This document shows positions 17,621 through 26,707 of a stretch of 50,147 nt of DNA, piece after piece; the stretch's first letter is position 1; each line of letters starts with the position of its first letter. The position numbers and the translations under genes are program-made. Location: assembly GCA_964506005.1 (NCBI GenBank), contig CAZDLX010000005.1:1-50147 (forward strand). The letters are read 5' to 3'. This DNA is from an uncultured Anaerolineae bacterium (GTDB lineage: Bacteria; Chloroflexota; Anaerolineae; Aggregatilineales; UBA3940). The notes under the pieces are model-generated. The model did not search any database. It had not been told where the DNA came from and was given only the letters and a program-made list of their open reading frames with translations.

Positions 17621-19201
17621 ATGAACCGAGATCGAGGAGCAAGACCTATCGAAGATAGCCGGGAAGGGCTGCGACAGATGATAACGATCCTCAAGATTGC
17701 GGGGATCGGTGTGCTGTTTATTGTGGCGACCGTTAGTGCAGTCAGGCTCATCTCGGCGGGGTTGTTCGGCGGGCCCGCCTCAACGGAGCCGGGGCTCACC
17801 GTCGCCTTCTTCGGCGACGCGGGGCTCGACGAGGACACCCGCGCCGTGCTGGAGCTGGTCAGGGCAGAGAACGCCGACCTCGTCGTCCAGCTCGGCGATT
17901 ACGACTACCAGAACAACCCGGAGGCGTACTTCGCGATGGTCGACGAAGTGCTGGGGCCGGACTTCCCCTTCATAGGCGTGATGGGCAACCACGACAAAGA
18001 CTCCTGGCCCGCAGGCTGCGGCAACGAACGGGGCTGTTATGCCGAGTATCTCGCCGAGCGCATGGAACGGCTCGGGTTTGAGTTGGACGACCCCGACCTG
18101 AACGACCAGATGTACTCGACCGAATTCGAGGGCCTCAGCCTCGCGCTCGTAGGCGAGGGGCGAGGCAACGACGACACCAACCTCGCCGACTACATCCGCA
18201 GCCAGTTCACGGGCGACGCGGCTATCTGGAAGATCTGTGCCTGGCACGAGAACCAGGAAGAGATGCAGGTCGGGGCAAAAGATGACCGGATGGGCTGGCG
18301 TGTCTACGAGACATGCCGGCAGTTCGGGGCCATCATCGCCACGGCGAACGAGCACAGCTACCACCGCACGCACACGCTGGTGAATTTCGAGCACCAGGTC
18401 CGCGACCCGTACTGGGCCAACCGCAGCAGCCTGCGCGTCGCGCCGGGTGCGAGCTTCGCCTTTGTCTCGGGGCTGGGGGGAGCCAGCGTACGTGACCAGT
18501 TACGCTGCCTGCCAACCGCCTACCCCTACGGCTGCTTCGGGGAGTGGGCCAGCGTCTACACGAACGATCAGGGGGCGACTCATGGCGCGCTGTTCATCGT
18601 CTTCAACGTCGATGGCGACCCGTACAAGGCGCGCGGCTACTTCAAGAACATCAACGGCGAGGTGGTCGACAGCTTCACGATTACGGCGAGCAAGGACATT
18701 CTCGCGACGACTGCCGTGGTACGGCCTGTCGTGGCTGACGCATCCGTCAGCGCATCCGACCCGACCGTTAACTACGGCAGTGATCATGCCTTAGAGGTGG
18801 ACGGCCAGCCGGACAAGATCAGCTACCTGCGCTTTGACCTGACGGGCATCAACCCCGCGAGCATTTCGTGGGCATCGCTGCGGCTGTTCGTGACGAACCG
18901 CTCGGACGACGAGCAGATCGTGAGACTCGCCGAGGCTACCGACTGGGACGAGGCGACAGTGACCTTCGATACCCGGCCTGGCACCACCGAGCCCGGCTCG
19001 GCGATACGCGGCGGGAGATCCAACACGTGGGTCGAGGTCAACGTGACGCGGGCGGTCCAGCAGGCGCAGGGCGGCACAGTCACACTTGCCATCGAGTCGG
19101 AGTTTGGCGACGGCATCGACTACGCCTCTCGCGAGGCGCCGGAGGGCGCCGCCTACCTGCTGCTGGTGGTGCCTACAGGCACCACAGGGGCGGGCCAGTA
19201 G
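17621..19201 (+). CDS. Exported calcineurin-like metallophosphoesterase with C-terminal DNRLRE/CBM96-like domain
   Basis: N-terminal TM/signal, then FFGDAG, QLGDYDY, MGNHD and NEHSY. C-terminus has ADASV...NYGS..LEVD...YLRFDL...ASLRL. The start may be 17678. Confidence 0.75.
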   Translation: MNRDRGARPIEDSREGLRQMITILKIAGIGVLFIVATVSAVRLISAGLFGGPASTEPGLTVAFFGDAGLDEDTRAVLELVRAENADLVVQLGDYDYQNNPEAYFAMVDEVLGPDFPFIGVMGNHDKDSWPAGCGNERGCYAEYLAERMERLGFELDDPDLNDQMYSTEFEGLSLALVGEGRGNDDTNLADYIRSQFTGDAAIWKICAWHENQEEMQVGAKDDRMGWRVYETCRQFGAIIATANEHSYHRTHTLVNFEHQVRDPYWANRSSLRVAPGASFAFVSGLGGASVRDQLRCLPTAYPYGCFGEWASVYTNDQGATHGALFIVFNVDGDPYKARGYFKNINGEVVDSFTITASKDILATTAVVRPVVADASVSASDPTVNYGSDHALEVDGQPDKISYLRFDLTGINPASISWASLRLFVTNRSDDEQIVRLAEATDWDEATVTFDTRPGTTEPGSAIRGGRSNTWVEVNVTRAVQQAQGGTVTLAIESEFGDGIDYASREAPEGAAYLLLVVPTGTTGAGQ

Positions 19202-19233
19202 GAATCTCAACGGTAGGGCGTAAGGGTTATGTC

Positions 19234-20643
19234 ATGACAGTGTTCCAGCCAGTATCCACTCCATCCACCGCGCGAGCCGCTGCGGCACCTCGCCGCGGCA
19301 TGCGGTGGCTGCACGCCGACCTCGCCACGTACCTGGTTGTGTTTATCATCTACAGCAACGCCGCCGTCATCGCTGTGAGGTTCCACGGCGTGCCGTTCAT
19401 CGTCGCGGCAGGTATCCCCCTGCTGCTCGGCGTGCCGCTGCTGTATTACCTGCTGCAGCGGCGTCAGGAGCTGGTTATCACGCCGGTGACGCTGCTGGCG
19501 CTCGCATTCCTGCTCGTCGAGCTGCTCGGGACGCTGTTCTCGAAATACGTGGATGTCGCCGCCCAGAACGTGCTGACCTTTGCCAGCGAAGGGCTTGCCA
19601 TCTACCTGCTGCTCACTAACGTCATTCGCCACCCGCGCACGCTGCGCGGCGTGCTGTGGGCGGTGCTGCTCGCCGGCATCTTGATGGCCACGTTCCCCAT
19701 CATCCAGTACGCGACGGGCACCTACGACAGCAACTATGGCGGTTTCGCTCAGGCCGACGGAGCAGGCGTGACGACCGGGCAGGACCTCTTCGGCGACGTG
19801 AGACAGCTCCGGGTCGCGGGGGTGATCGGCGAGAAGAACTTCTACGCGCAGATGATGCTGATGGTCGTGCCCATCGGCGTGATGCAGGCTTCCGCCGAGA
19901 AATCGTGGGCGCTGCGCGCGCTGGCCCTGCTCAGCGCCGGGATGAGCGCCGCCGCCGTCGCGCTGACGTTCTCACGCGGGGCGGCGGTCGGCTTCGTCGT
20001 GATGCTGCTTGTGGCGGTGTTCATGCGGGCGGTGACGACCCGGCAGTTTGCCGTGATCGTGCTGGTCGCGGCGGTGCTGCTGGCCATGTTCCCGGTCTAC
20101 GCCAGCCGCGTGATGTCGGTGCTCAGCGTTACCACGTTCGTCAAGGATGACGCCGAGGTACAGGTTGACCGGGCGATTGAGGGCCGTCTCACGGAGATGG
20201 TCGTTGCCGCCCGGATCTTCGCCGACTACCCGTGGGTCGGCGTCGGGCCGGGAGTCTACAAGTACTATTCGCGCGCCTACAGTAACGAGGTGGGCCTGCT
20301 CCAGCTTACCGGCACCAGAGAGGCGCACTCGCTGTACCTGGCCCTGGCGGCAGACACCGGCCTGCCGGGCATTCTCGCCTTCCTGGCAATCGCCTTCACC
20401 GCCATCTTCGACCTGGGCCGGGTGCGAAGACAGTTCCGCAGTACCAACCGGGCCTACGCCAACATGAGCAGCGGGGTGCTGCTGGGCCTCGTCAGCTATC
20501 TGACGACCGGCATCTTCCTGCACATGGCCTATGAGCGCTACTTCTGGCTGATGCTGGGCATCGCCGTGGCGGCGGCCAATATTGCCCGCAACTGGCCGCC
20601 CGATCCCGTCTCTACACCGAGCACTGCAGAGGAAGTCAGATGA
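19234..20643 (+). CDS. O-antigen ligase/Wzy polymerase family membrane protein
   Basis: Multi-TM protein with LTFSRGA, PWVGVGPG and AHSLYLALAADTGLPG (Wzy_C). Start reassigned to ATG 19234. Confidence 0.85.
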   Translation: MTVFQPVSTPSTARAAAAPRRGMRWLHADLATYLVVFIIYSNAAVIAVRFHGVPFIVAAGIPLLLGVPLLYYLLQRRQELVITPVTLLALAFLLVELLGTLFSKYVDVAAQNVLTFASEGLAIYLLLTNVIRHPRTLRGVLWAVLLAGILMATFPIIQYATGTYDSNYGGFAQADGAGVTTGQDLFGDVRQLRVAGVIGEKNFYAQMMLMVVPIGVMQASAEKSWALRALALLSAGMSAAAVALTFSRGAAVGFVVMLLVAVFMRAVTTRQFAVIVLVAAVLLAMFPVYASRVMSVLSVTTFVKDDAEVQVDRAIEGRLTEMVVAARIFADYPWVGVGPGVYKYYSRAYSNEVGLLQLTGTREAHSLYLALAADTGLPGILAFLAIAFTAIFDLGRVRRQFRSTNRAYANMSSGVLLGLVSYLTTGIFLHMAYERYFWLMLGIAVAAANIARNWPPDPVSTPSTAEEVR

Positions 20644-22001
20644 TCGAAACGCCCGTTATTGAGGAGCAGCAGATCGCCGCGCCGGCAGTCGCCGCGCCGC
20701 GGCCCCCGACCCGTGTCGCCTATATCATGTCGCGGTTCCCGAAGCTAACCGAGACGTTCATCCTGTACGAGATGCTGGCCGTCGAGGAGCAGGGTGTGGA
20801 GGTGGAGCTTTACCCGCTGATGCGGGCGCGCAACACGTCGGTGCACCCCGAGGGGGCCTCGGTGCTGGCCAAGATCGTCGAGCGGCTCAGCAAGCCCACC
20901 GAGGAAGTCAAGATGCACCCGGAGGCCAGGCCGCTCGTCGAGCGGGCGCACTTCTACCCCTTCTTGTCGTGGGGGGTGCTGGGCGCGCAGCTTCACTTCC
21001 TGTTCCGCAGGCCGCTGCGGTACCTCAGCACGCTGTGGACGCTGATCCGCGCGAACTGGGGCAGCCCGAACTACCTGCTCGGCTCGCTGGCCATCTTCCC
21101 CAAGATGGCGTACACCGCCCGGCAGATGCAGCGGCACGGCATCACGCACGTGCACGCGCACTTCGCCAACCACCCCGCCGCTGCAGCCTACATCGTGCAC
21201 CGGCTGGCGGACATCCCCTACAGCTTCACGGCGCACGGGGCCGATCTGCAGGTTGACCAGCACATGCTGCGCGAGAAAGTGGAAGAGGCGGCGTTCGTGG
21301 TGAGCATCTCGCACTACAACCGGGAGCTCATCCTGGGCCACTGCGAGGATGCGGCGGACGAAAACGTGCTCGTCGTGCGCTGCGGTGTGGATACCCGCGT
21401 GTTCGAGCCGCGCGAAGCCCGGCAGGGGGGCGACGCCCCGTTCACCATCCTGTGCATCGGCACGATGTACGAGGTCAAGGGGCACACCTACCTCGTCGAG
21501 GCCTGCCGCCTGCTGAGAGAGCGTGGGGTGCCGTTCCAGTGCCAGTTCGTCGGCGATGGCCCCTTCCGCGAGAGCATCACCGCGCAGATCGAGGAAGCCG
21601 GGCTCGGCGGCCAGGTGCACCTGCTGGGGCAGAAGACCCGCGCCGAGGTTGCGGAGCTGCTGCGCCGCGCCGACGTGCTCGCCATGCCGAGCATCCCGAC
21701 GGACAGCGGGCGGCGTGAGGGCATCCCGGTCGTGCTGATGGAGGCGATGGCCAGCGGGCTGCCGGTCGTCGCGAGCGGCATCTCCGGCATCCCCGAGCTG
21801 GTCGAAGACGGGTCGAGCGGGTTGCTCGTCCCCCCGCGTGACCCGGCGGCACTGGCCGACGCCCTCCAGCGGCTGAGCGAAGACCCGGCGCTGCGCGAGC
21901 GGCTCGGCGAGCAGGCCCGCAGCCGGGTGCTGGACGAGTTTGACCAGCGCACGAACGCCGCGCGCCTGGCGGACCTGTTCAGCGGGGAGGTCGTATCATG
22001 A
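20640..22001 (+). CDS. Family 4 glycosyltransferase (WcaL-like)
   Basis: SRFPKLTETFI, HVHAHF, YSFTAHGAD, EGIPVVLMEAMASG and GIPELV motifs. Confidence 0.9.
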   Translation: MIETPVIEEQQIAAPAVAAPRPPTRVAYIMSRFPKLTETFILYEMLAVEEQGVEVELYPLMRARNTSVHPEGASVLAKIVERLSKPTEEVKMHPEARPLVERAHFYPFLSWGVLGAQLHFLFRRPLRYLSTLWTLIRANWGSPNYLLGSLAIFPKMAYTARQMQRHGITHVHAHFANHPAAAAYIVHRLADIPYSFTAHGADLQVDQHMLREKVEEAAFVVSISHYNRELILGHCEDAADENVLVVRCGVDTRVFEPREARQGGDAPFTILCIGTMYEVKGHTYLVEACRLLRERGVPFQCQFVGDGPFRESITAQIEEAGLGGQVHLLGQKTRAEVAELLRRADVLAMPSIPTDSGRREGIPVVLMEAMASGLPVVASGISGIPELVEDGSSGLLVPPRDPAALADALQRLSEDPALRERLGEQARSRVLDEFDQRTNAARLADLFSGEVVS

Positions 22002-23191
22002 GCCTCGCTGCGATTGCTTTCTGGGGGGCCATTGCGCTGCTGGTCTACATGTTTGCAGGTTTCCCGCTGCTCATCCTGCTGCGCGGGCTGCTGTTCGAGC
22101 GTCCCGTGCGCAGTGCGGACATCACGCCGAGCATCAGCATGATCATCGCGGCGCACAATGAGGGCGGCGTGATCGAAGCCAAGCTGGAAAACACCCTGGC
22201 GCTGGACTACCCCGCCGGGCAGCTTGAGGTGATCGTCGCCGCCGACGGCTGCACGGACACCACGCACGAGATCGTCGAGCGTTACGCGGCGCGCGGCGTG
22301 CGGCTGCTCACCCTGCCGCGCGGTGGCAAGATCCCGGCGCTGAACGCGGGCGCTGCCGCCGCCACCGGCGACATCCTGGTCTTTACCGATGCCAACAGCA
22401 TGTTCGCGCCCAATGCGCTGCGCGCGCTGGCCCGGCCCTTCGCCGACCCGCAGGTCGGAGGGGTCGCCGGGTCGCAGCGTTACCAGCCGGCAAGGCAGGC
22501 TGGCGTGAGCAGCGGCGGCGAGAAGCTGTACTGGAACTTTGACGAACTGCTCAAGGCCTACCAGAGCCGGGCGGGCAGCGTGACCTCCGCGACGGGAGCC
22601 ATCTACGCGCTGCGCCGCAGCCTGTACCAGCCGATCCCGACGACCGTCGGCGACGACTTCACCATCTCGACGGGCGTGGTCGAGCAGGGCTACCGGCTCG
22701 TCTTCGCCACCGACGCCGTGTCCTACGAGCCGGTCGAAGCCAAGAGCGCCGTCGAGTTCGGGCGCAAGCTGCGAATTATCAGCCAGGGGCTGCGCGGCAT
22801 CTGGCTGCGCCGGGCGCTGCTCAACCCGCTGCAGCACGGCTTCTACGCGCTGCAGCTCTTCTCGCACAAGCTGCTGCGACGGCTGATGTTTCTGCCGCTG
22901 CTGGTGCTGTTCGTCGCGAGCCCCCTCCTGTGGAATGAAGGCCTGCTCTACCGTGTGGCGGCGCTGACGCAGGCAGCGTTCTACGCGGCGGCGCTGCTCG
23001 GGCTGGCCCTCGAACGCGCGCCATCCGTCCGGTTGCACCTGCCGCGCCCGGTCGTTAAGATCCTGTCTATCCCCTACTTCTTCTGCGTCGTGTACGTGGC
23101 CTCGCTCATCGCCACCTGGAACACGCTGCGCGGGCACCGGGTCGACCGCTGGGAATCGCGGCGCGCCGGCGTCAGCGCGCGCGAGACGTGA
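21998..23191 (+). CDS. Family 2 glycosyltransferase
   Basis: IIAAHNE, DGCTDTT, GKIPALN, FTDAN (DxD-like), GAIYALR, DDF, plus N- and C-terminal TMs. Confidence 0.9.
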   Translation: MSLAAIAFWGAIALLVYMFAGFPLLILLRGLLFERPVRSADITPSISMIIAAHNEGGVIEAKLENTLALDYPAGQLEVIVAADGCTDTTHEIVERYAARGVRLLTLPRGGKIPALNAGAAAATGDILVFTDANSMFAPNALRALARPFADPQVGGVAGSQRYQPARQAGVSSGGEKLYWNFDELLKAYQSRAGSVTSATGAIYALRRSLYQPIPTTVGDDFTISTGVVEQGYRLVFATDAVSYEPVEAKSAVEFGRKLRIISQGLRGIWLRRALLNPLQHGFYALQLFSHKLLRRLMFLPLLVLFVASPLLWNEGLLYRVAALTQAAFYAAALLGLALERAPSVRLHLPRPVVKILSIPYFFCVVYVASLIATWNTLRGHRVDRWESRRAGVSARET

Positions 23192-23249
23192 AGGAGGGGG
23201 CACACGCATCAGTGGGCGCCTGCGCCGCCGGAATGACCTAAGGCAAGCT

Positions 23250-24782
23250 GTGGATTTGACTGCTCGAACCCACACTGGCGAAACAACGAAGCGGCTCCTC
23301 CACGCGACCTCTGCGCGGGGAGCCCGCTTTGTGTGTTACGCAGTAATCCTGGCCTTCGTCCTGTTGCTGTCTACAGCCGGTAGCTCGCCCCGGCAGGATG
23401 GCCCGCAGATCTACTACCTCAGCACAGCAGGCGATGACGAGAACGAGGGCGCGTTTGATACGCCCTTCCGCACATTCGCACATGCCTTAGGGCAGCTTGC
23501 GCCCGGCGACGAGCTGCGTGTTTACCCCGGCACCTACGTCGAGCGGGTCCGCATCCAAGCACAGGGCACAGCCGATGCGCCGATCACCATCCGCACCGTC
23601 GAGGGGCGCGTGATCATCGAGCACCACGACACGCCGCTGCGCGTCACCGGCGCGCATCTGGTGCTGGAGGACTTCGAGATCACCGGCAGCGCGGATTACT
23701 GCGCCGATATCCAGGGCCAGGACGTCGTGGTGCGGCGGTTCTTCGTGCACAACTGCCACGACCACGGCATCCTGGTGCGCGGTCAGCAGGTGCGGGTCGA
23801 GAACTCGACGATCACCAACACCGTGCTGGAGAACGCGAACCAGCAGGCGGCGGGCGGCTGGGGCTCGGGGCTCAAGCTGATGGTCGGTGCAGAGGACGTC
23901 GTGCTGGCGGGCAACACGGTGTATGAGAACTGGGGCGAGGGCATCGCCGCTACCCGCGCCCGGCGAGTCCGCATCGAGCAGAACCGCCTCTACGACAACT
24001 TCTCTGTGAACCTCTACATCGACAACTCGTCGGAGGTCGTCGCCGAGCGCAACTTCATCACTTGCAGTGAGGGCTCGCCCTTTGCCCGGCCCGACAAACC
24101 CGCCAGCGGTATCGCGTTCGGCGAAGAGGTGTATGAGGACTGGGGAGCCCAGCTCAGCCACATCACGGTGGTAAACAACATCGTCGCGTACTGCGGGTAC
24201 GGCATTGCTAACTACCACAGCGAGGTCGGCGGGGGCCTGCGGCACGCGCTCATCGCGCACAACACCCTGTGGGGCGGCAAGGCCACCGCGCTGAGCATGC
24301 TGCACGACCCGGCGCTCGAAGACGTGCTGATTGCCAACAACATCGTTCATCAGCCTCAAGGGCAGGTCGCCTGGCTGGAAGACCCGGCCGGCTTCACGCT
24401 GACACACAATTTCTGGGTCGGAGAGAAGCCCCCCGCCTGGCGGGAGATCGTCGGCGAGAACGACCTCTGGGGTGATGTGCAGTTTGAGACAGCGCCCGGC
24501 ATGACGCCGGAGACGTTCCGCCTGGGGCCCAACTCGCGGGCCATCGACTCCGCGCTGCCCCTCGCGGGGACCGCCCACGACTTCGAGGGGAATCTCCGCC
24601 AGACGGAAGAGAACCCCCTGCCAGATATGGGCGCAATCGAGGCGCCGGTGACGCAGCCCGCCGTCGCAGGGAAGCCACCATTCATCTGCCGGGTGCTCCC
24701 GTTCCTGCCTCTGTGCCGCATGTCATCGGAAGGCGGCCTGACTCCGGCAGCGGCGGGACTCGTTAGCCAGTCTGCGCGATAA
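23250..24782 (+). CDS. Secreted right-handed parallel beta-helix protein (pectin-lyase-like fold)
   Basis: Signal/TM, YYLSTAGDDENEGAFDTPFRT (DUF1565-like), GTYVE, repeated NxIxxN/GI units and C-terminal SRAID...DFEG..R..PDMGAIE. The start codon is uncertain. Confidence 0.8.
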   Translation: MDLTARTHTGETTKRLLHATSARGARFVCYAVILAFVLLLSTAGSSPRQDGPQIYYLSTAGDDENEGAFDTPFRTFAHALGQLAPGDELRVYPGTYVERVRIQAQGTADAPITIRTVEGRVIIEHHDTPLRVTGAHLVLEDFEITGSADYCADIQGQDVVVRRFFVHNCHDHGILVRGQQVRVENSTITNTVLENANQQAAGGWGSGLKLMVGAEDVVLAGNTVYENWGEGIAATRARRVRIEQNRLYDNFSVNLYIDNSSEVVAERNFITCSEGSPFARPDKPASGIAFGEEVYEDWGAQLSHITVVNNIVAYCGYGIANYHSEVGGGLRHALIAHNTLWGGKATALSMLHDPALEDVLIANNIVHQPQGQVAWLEDPAGFTLTHNFWVGEKPPAWREIVGENDLWGDVQFETAPGMTPETFRLGPNSRAIDSALPLAGTAHDFEGNLRQTEENPLPDMGAIEAPVTQPAVAGKPPFICRVLPFLPLCRMSSEGGLTPAAAGLVSQSAR

Positions 24783-25602
24783 CCCCGATCCACTCGCCGT
24801 CCGCGCTGAAAGGAGCCCCTGCCAGGTCGCCCCACACACTGCTCACAGTGAAACCGCCAGCCTCTAACTCCGCGGTAATCGCCTCGCGGGTGTAGTCCTG
24901 GAACCAGTTGCGGTATACGGAGACAGTATCGTCGGCTTCGATCACGATCGCCTGGTCGAGATAGATGGCCTGCTCGGGGTAGTCGAAGCCGTCCTCCAGG
25001 ACGAGGTGCAGGCCTGGTTTCCAGAAGCCGCCATCCGCAACGTACCACCCGTTCGTACTGCCGTACCTCCGGCGGTGTGCAGGCGTCGTCACGTCCAGGA
25101 CGAAGTACCCGCCCGGTTTCAGCGCCCGGCGCACGTTGCCGAGCAGCCGGCTCCGCTGCTCAGGCGAGAGCGGGCAGAAGTCCCCGTAGATGAGCAGTGC
25201 GACATCATACTGCCCCGCGTCGTCAAGCTCCAGGTAGTTCTGGTAACGATACGTGATTTCGAGGCCCTGCTGGCGCGCCGCCTCGACGGCGTAGTCAATC
25301 GAGCGCCGGGAGTAGTCCACGCCCGTGACGCACATACCGCGCCGGGCGAATCGCATCGCATACAGCCCCGGCCCGCAGCCCAGGTCGAGCACCGCATCGC
25401 CGGGCTGCAGACCGAGGGCTTCGACGAGCCAGCCCACCGAGCGCTCAATAATCTCCGGGCGGCGGCTGGCGAGGTCGTGGTCCGGGTTCAGGTGGGCGGC
25501 GAGCATCTGCTCCGAGATGTGCGGATCGTCCCAGAAGAGCGGCTCGCCCGGCGTGAACGGCGCGGGCTTCTCTCGCAGATGGCGTACTTCCTTAAGGTTC
25601 AT
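24763..25602 (-). CDS. Class I SAM-dependent methyltransferase
   Basis: VLDLGCGPGLYA, VTGVDYS and LKPGGYFVLD. Likely start MNLKE at 25602. Convergent 20-bp overlap with the beta-helix gene. Confidence 0.88.
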   Translation of the reverse strand: MNLKEVRHLREKPAPFTPGEPLFWDDPHISEQMLAAHLNPDHDLASRRPEIIERSVGWLVEALGLQPGDAVLDLGCGPGLYAMRFARRGMCVTGVDYSRRSIDYAVEAARQQGLEITYRYQNYLELDDAGQYDVALLIYGDFCPLSPEQRSRLLGNVRRALKPGGYFVLDVTTPAHRRRYGSTNGWYVADGGFWKPGLHLVLEDGFDYPEQAIYLDQAIVIEADDTVSVYRNWFQDYTREAITAELEAGGFTVSSVWGDLAGAPFSADGEWIGVIAQTG

Positions 25603-25716
25603 CCGCTGTCTTTCCGATTTAATGGGTAAGATCGCCAGCATACGCCCTGATGCGACAAAAGAAAAGCGCGACACCAACATGCGGTTTCGCGCCAGGGCTT
25701 GCCTCCGGGGCAAAGG

Positions 25717-26643
25717 TCAGCTTTGTGCCTTCATGCGAACATAGGCCGTTGAACCCAGCATCAGCCCGTCGGGAGCGTCCGGCAGGTCGATCAGCACCGT
25801 AAACGCGACGTTGCCGTACGGATCGGTGCCCGGCGTCATGTACGCGATGGTCCCCTCGTATTCTTCATCCGGCAGCATCTCGAAACTGAGCGCCACCGTA
25901 TCGCCGGCTTCAAACTGAGCGACCTCCAGCTCAAGCACCCCCGTCATCCTGACCTGAAGCTGGTCGAGATCTGCGATAGTGATGACGGTACTGCCGGTTG
26001 CCACGAACTCGGAGGCATGAGCCTTCACGGACAGAACCGTCCCATCAAGCGGCGCCACCAACTGCGCCTGAGCGCGGCGTGCCACCGCCACGTCGTACGC
26101 CGATTGCATCTCGGCGACATGGGCTTCGGCGATTGCTACGTCCTCGGCGCGCGGCAGCGAGCGCAGATAGTCGAGCCGGGCCTGGGCGGCAGCCTGCTCC
26201 GCCGCCTTCGCCTCGATCTCCGACTGCAAGTACGACGAACGGCCCGCCCCCACTGCCTGGACGCGGTACTCCGCTTCGGCAATCTCCTGAGGCGCAGCCC
26301 CTGCCAGAACTTTAGCCAGGGCAGCCTCGGCAGATGCGAGACGGTCCTCCGCAATCTGCACTTCGGCATCCAGGAGTGTCGTGTCAAGCCTGGCGAGGAT
26401 GTCGCCGGCTCGCACCGTCTGCCCCTCTTCAACCAGAACTTCGGCGAGCAGCCCGGAGGTCGGGAAGCTGAGCCTGATTTCCTGCGCCGGGGCAACCGTG
26501 CCCTCGAACGAGTTGAACAGGGTTCGGGCCTGGGCCGGCTCTGCCGCCGGCGGGACGACGCCCGCACCGGGCTGGGGAGCGCAGGCAGCCAGCGCGCCTG
26601 TGGTGAACAGGCAAAGGATGATTAACACGCGCAGTCGTTTCAT
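25717..26643 (-). CDS. HlyD/MFP-family periplasmic adaptor lipoprotein
   Basis: Lipobox LAAC, lipoyl halves (LSFPTSG...VEEGQTVRAGDILARLD and LVAPLDGTV) around a coiled hairpin. Start MKRLRV at 26643. Confidence 0.85.
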   Translation of the reverse strand: MKRLRVLIILCLFTTGALAACAPQPGAGVVPPAAEPAQARTLFNSFEGTVAPAQEIRLSFPTSGLLAEVLVEEGQTVRAGDILARLDTTLLDAEVQIAEDRLASAEAALAKVLAGAAPQEIAEAEYRVQAVGAGRSSYLQSEIEAKAAEQAAAQARLDYLRSLPRAEDVAIAEAHVAEMQSAYDVAVARRAQAQLVAPLDGTVLSVKAHASEFVATGSTVITIADLDQLQVRMTGVLELEVAQFEAGDTVALSFEMLPDEEYEGTIAYMTPGTDPYGNVAFTVLIDLPDAPDGLMLGSTAYVRMKAQS

Positions 26644-26707
26644 CGGGTTCGCTCCACGTGTGTGATTGCCGCCGCCCGATCTTCGCGTAAACGGCGACGC
26701 AGGCCCG

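Noticed and set aside
6218-23275. Long antisense ORFs (6218-7849, 9172-10533, 12945-14678, 14422-15681, 15760-17523, 21488-23275, and 37990-40124 further on)
   Set aside because: They are shadow frames of high-GC genes with no recognisable motifs, and they lie opposite well-supported CDSs.
24680-24722. C-terminal FICRVLPFLPLCR of the beta-helix protein as a Chloroflexota-type LPL sorting motif
   Set aside because: It is a single weak instance and not at the extreme C-terminus, so support is insufficient.
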